From the human T2T-CHM13v2.0 reference genome, Homo sapiens, in NCBI RefSeq assembly GCF_009914755.1, contig NC_060925.1: DNA of 64,000 bases, one strand, 5' to 3'. Shown here in pieces: positions 60,995 through 64,000 of the stretch. Positions within the stretch are counted from its first letter, which is position 1, and every line of letters starts with the position of its first letter. The notes under the pieces are model-generated. The model was not told the origin of the DNA, ran no database searches, and was given only the letters and a program-made list of their open reading frames with translations. The position numbers and the translations under genes are program-made.

Positions 60995-61102
60995 GTGATC
61001 CTAGACCTTGAGGAAGAAAGGCAGCGGCATGCACAGGATACGGCTGAAGGAGATGATGTCACCTACATGCTAGAGAAGGAAAGAGAGAGGCTGACTCAAC
61101 AG
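60995..61102 (+). CDS. CTTNBP2NL: CTTNBP2NL exon 5, aa 111-146 (VILDLEEERQRHAQDTAEGDDVTYMLEKERERLTQQ)
   Basis: Acceptor ttctttaaag|GTG, donor CAG|GTAATT; 108 nt, phase 0/0; family motif EGDDVTYMLEKERERL. Confidence 0.96.
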
Positions 61103-61735
61103 GTAATTAAGGTAGAGGGATTCACAGTAGCATTTGCCTGGAACAGCATTTCCCAAAGATTATTCTGCAGGATGCCAACTGGTATTGTTCAGAAAAGGGG
61201 CTTTGTGGTCAAATAAGTTTAGGAACTACTGGATTAAGCAAAGTTAAACAGGTTTCTAACTTTGTTAGGATCTTTAGTATGCAGAAGCACATTGTGAGTC
61301 TTCAAGAACAAGATAGGGTATTCTGTGTTTAGCAAATCCATGGTTTTATAAAATCTTTTATTGGCATAGATCCCTCACTGTGGGATTATTATTGTTCCGT
61401 AGAACACTCTTTGGGGAATGGTAACTTAGCGCTTGTAGCTCTCAAACTTTTGACTTAGAACCCCCAGTAAGAAGTGACATTTTATGTCACAACCCAGTAT
61501 ATGTAGACATACACAGTTACGCCTGAAACAAAAATCTCATGAAATCATATATAACCCCTACTGCTACAGTACACATTGATGTTTTCTGTTTATATATTTT
61601 TTTAAAATTCTAGTCGTGGCTCAGTTAGTTTCCCCATCCATTAATGGATCTCAGAGTTTGAAAAACACTGAGTTTCTTCAACCCTTTCCCTCTCACGCAG
61701 AGTCTCTGCCTCAAATAGGGTTGGGAAGACAATTA

Positions 61736-62075
<340 letters not shown>

Positions 62076-62476
62076 CTATTTGTGTGTGTTTGTTTCTGAG
62101 ACCCAAGAAAATTATTGCTGAAACTTTAAAATGTTTGTTTTCAGCAACATTCATCACAAAATGTGGTTGATACAGCTTTCTGTTATCTTGTTTTGATTGG
62201 TTCTGATGCTCTCCACATACGTGAAACACAAAGATACGTCATATTCCCACTAATCACTGCAAGACAGTATGGGAACTAGAAGTGCCTCCCAAATCATCAA
62301 AGAAAGATTAAATCATAGTGTGTGCATTTTTTGTGTTAGGTGTTCTAAAATTTCAGAAATACTTGATCTAAGCACTGTGATGTGCATGTTAATCCTGTAT
62401 ACCAGAGAACAGCTAACGAAGACAGTCTACTTGATCACAGTTTGTCAGTATGTCTCTCTTTTCTTTTTTTTTCTAG

Positions 62477-63958
62477 TTGGAATTTGAAAAATCCCAAGTG
62501 AAAAAGTTTGAAAAAGAACAGAAGAAGCTCTCTAGTCAGCTGGAAGAGGAGCGCTCCCGCCACAAGCAGCTCTCATCCATGCTAGTGCTTGAGTGCAAGA
62601 AAGCCACCAACAAGGCAGCCGAGGAAGGACAGAAGGCAGGAGAGCTGAGCCTGAAATTGGAGAAGGAGAAGAGCCGGGTGAGTAAACTGGAAGAAGAGTT
62701 GGCAGCTGAGAGAAAGAGAGGCTTGCAGACTGAGGCCCAGGTAGAGAAGCAGTTATCAGAGTTTGACATCGAAAGGGAACAACTGAGAGCAAAACTGAAC
62801 CGAGAAGAGAACCGGACCAAAACCCTGAAAGAAGAAATGGAAAGTTTAAAGAAGATAGTGAAGGACCTAGAGGCTTCCCACCAGCACAGTAGCCCTAATG
62901 AGCAATTGAAGAAACCAGTAACCGTGTCCAAAGGCACAGCAACTGAGCCTCTCATGCTAATGTCTGTGTTTTGCCAAACAGAGAGTTTTCCAGCAGAAAG
63001 AACCCATGGGAGCAACATAGCCAAGATGACAAACACTGGGCTGCCTGGTCCTGCCACTCCTGCTTACTCATATGCAAAAACCAATGGCCATTGTGACCCA
63101 GAGATACAAACTACCAGGGAGCTGACTGCAGGCAACAATGTAGAAAACCAAGTGCCTCCACGGGAAAAATCTGTGGCATTGGCCCAAGAGAAACCAGTGG
63201 AGAATGGTGGGTGTCCTGTGGGGATTGAGACTCCAGTCCCAATGCCCAGTCCCCTCTCTTCCAGTGGGAGCTCACTGTCTCCCAGCAGCACTGCCTCCTC
63301 CTCTCTAACATCCTCTCCTTGCTCTTCGCCGGTACTCACTAAGCGTTTATTGGGGTCATCAGCTAGCAGCCCTGGCTACCAGTCATCGTACCAAGTAGGG
63401 ATCAACCAACGGTTCCATGCAGCTCGCCACAAATTTCAGTCCCAAGCAGATCAGGACCAACAAGCCAGTGGCCTACAGAGCCCTCCATCCAGGGATTTAT
63501 CCCCCACCCTCATAGACAACTCTGCCGCCAAGCAGCTGGCCCGAAACACAGTCACTCAGGTGCTCTCCAGATTCACTAGCCAACAAGGGCCAATCAAGCC
63601 AGTCTCTCCCAACAGCTCTCCCTTTGGCACAGACTATCGAAATCTAGCCAACACTGCCAATCCAAGAGGTGACACAAGCCATTCACCTACTCCAGGGAAA
63701 GTGTCCAGTCCCCTGAGCCCCCTGTCTCCAGGAATCAAGTCCCCAACCATCCCCAGAGCTGAGAGAGGAAACCCTCCACCCATCCCACCCAAGAAACCTG
63801 GCCTCACCCCTTCTCCATCTGCTACCACTCCATTGACCAAAACTCATTCCCAGGCAGCCTCTTTGACCACTGCAGAAGACCTTGCCAGCAGCTGCTCTTC
63901 CAATACTGTTGTAGCAAATGGTAAGGATGTTGAGTTACTTTTGCCTACCAGCAGCTAG
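62477..63958 (+). CDS. CTTNBP2NL: CTTNBP2NL last coding exon, aa 147-639: coiled coil, Ser/Pro-rich tail, PPPIPPKKP SH3-ligand motif (63773-63799); stop TAG
   Basis: Acceptor ttcttttttttttctag|TTG. 493-codon open frame; 33+77+36+493 = 639 aa. The first codon is Leu (TTG), not a start. Confidence 0.98.
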   Translation: MEFEKSQVKKFEKEQKKLSSQLEEERSRHKQLSSMLVLECKKATNKAAEEGQKAGELSLKLEKEKSRVSKLEEELAAERKRGLQTEAQVEKQLSEFDIEREQLRAKLNREENRTKTLKEEMESLKKIVKDLEASHQHSSPNEQLKKPVTVSKGTATEPLMLMSVFCQTESFPAERTHGSNIAKMTNTGLPGPATPAYSYAKTNGHCDPEIQTTRELTAGNNVENQVPPREKSVALAQEKPVENGGCPVGIETPVPMPSPLSSSGSSLSPSSTASSSLTSSPCSSPVLTKRLLGSSASSPGYQSSYQVGINQRFHAARHKFQSQADQDQQASGLQSPPSRDLSPTLIDNSAAKQLARNTVTQVLSRFTSQQGPIKPVSPNSSPFGTDYRNLANTANPRGDTSHSPTPGKVSSPLSPLSPGIKSPTIPRAERGNPPPIPPKKPGLTPSPSATTPLTKTHSQAASLTTAEDLASSCSSNTVVANGKDVELLLPTSS

Positions 63959-64000
63959 TCCCTAGGAGGGAGTCTCCACGTTTGACATTCCATCAGATTT
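63959..64000 (+). other. CTTNBP2NL: Start of CTTNBP2NL 3' UTR (continues beyond window)
   Basis: Follows the stop codon; no polyA signal in the remaining 42 nt. Confidence 0.85.

Noticed and set aside
62477-62479. TTG as start of a stand-alone 493-aa protein
   Set aside because: It directly follows a canonical splice acceptor and is Leu147 of the spliced CDS.
62532-63840. Minus-strand ORFs (up to 173 aa) over the last exon
   Set aside because: Antisense shadows of the real CDS, with no independent start, splice or homology support.

Overview
Human intron-rich genomic DNA carrying the promoter and complete coding sequence of CTTNBP2NL (CTTNBP2 N-terminal-like, a STRIPAK/PP2A-associated coiled-coil protein) on the + strand. 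The CpG-island promoter is at ~2.2-3.2 kb. Two predicted 5' UTR exons (~2508-2566 and 18470-18593) precede four coding exons (22439-22537, 55176-55406, 60995-61102, 62477-63958), which splice in phase 0 to 639 aa. Introns hold about 50 Alu copies or fragments (including an AluYa5), old L1s, MLT1 LTRs, hAT-type DNA transposon relics, MIR/L2 and a decayed tRNA-His retrocopy. Nearly all other entries in the ORF track are Alu, L1 or antisense artefacts. No new multi-gene system is supported. Best leads: (1) an exon-1 AUG that is a uORF or an in-frame N-terminal extension depending on exon-2 splicing; (2) a tRNA-His retrocopy whose only transversions fall on m1G37 and m1A58; (3) a perfect 43-bp inverted repeat plus other fold-back scars; (4) an inverted AluY/AluYa5 pair bracketing in-frame exon 4; (5) a compound local duplication upstream of exon 2. 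Repeat families were assigned by eye and their boundaries are approximate.
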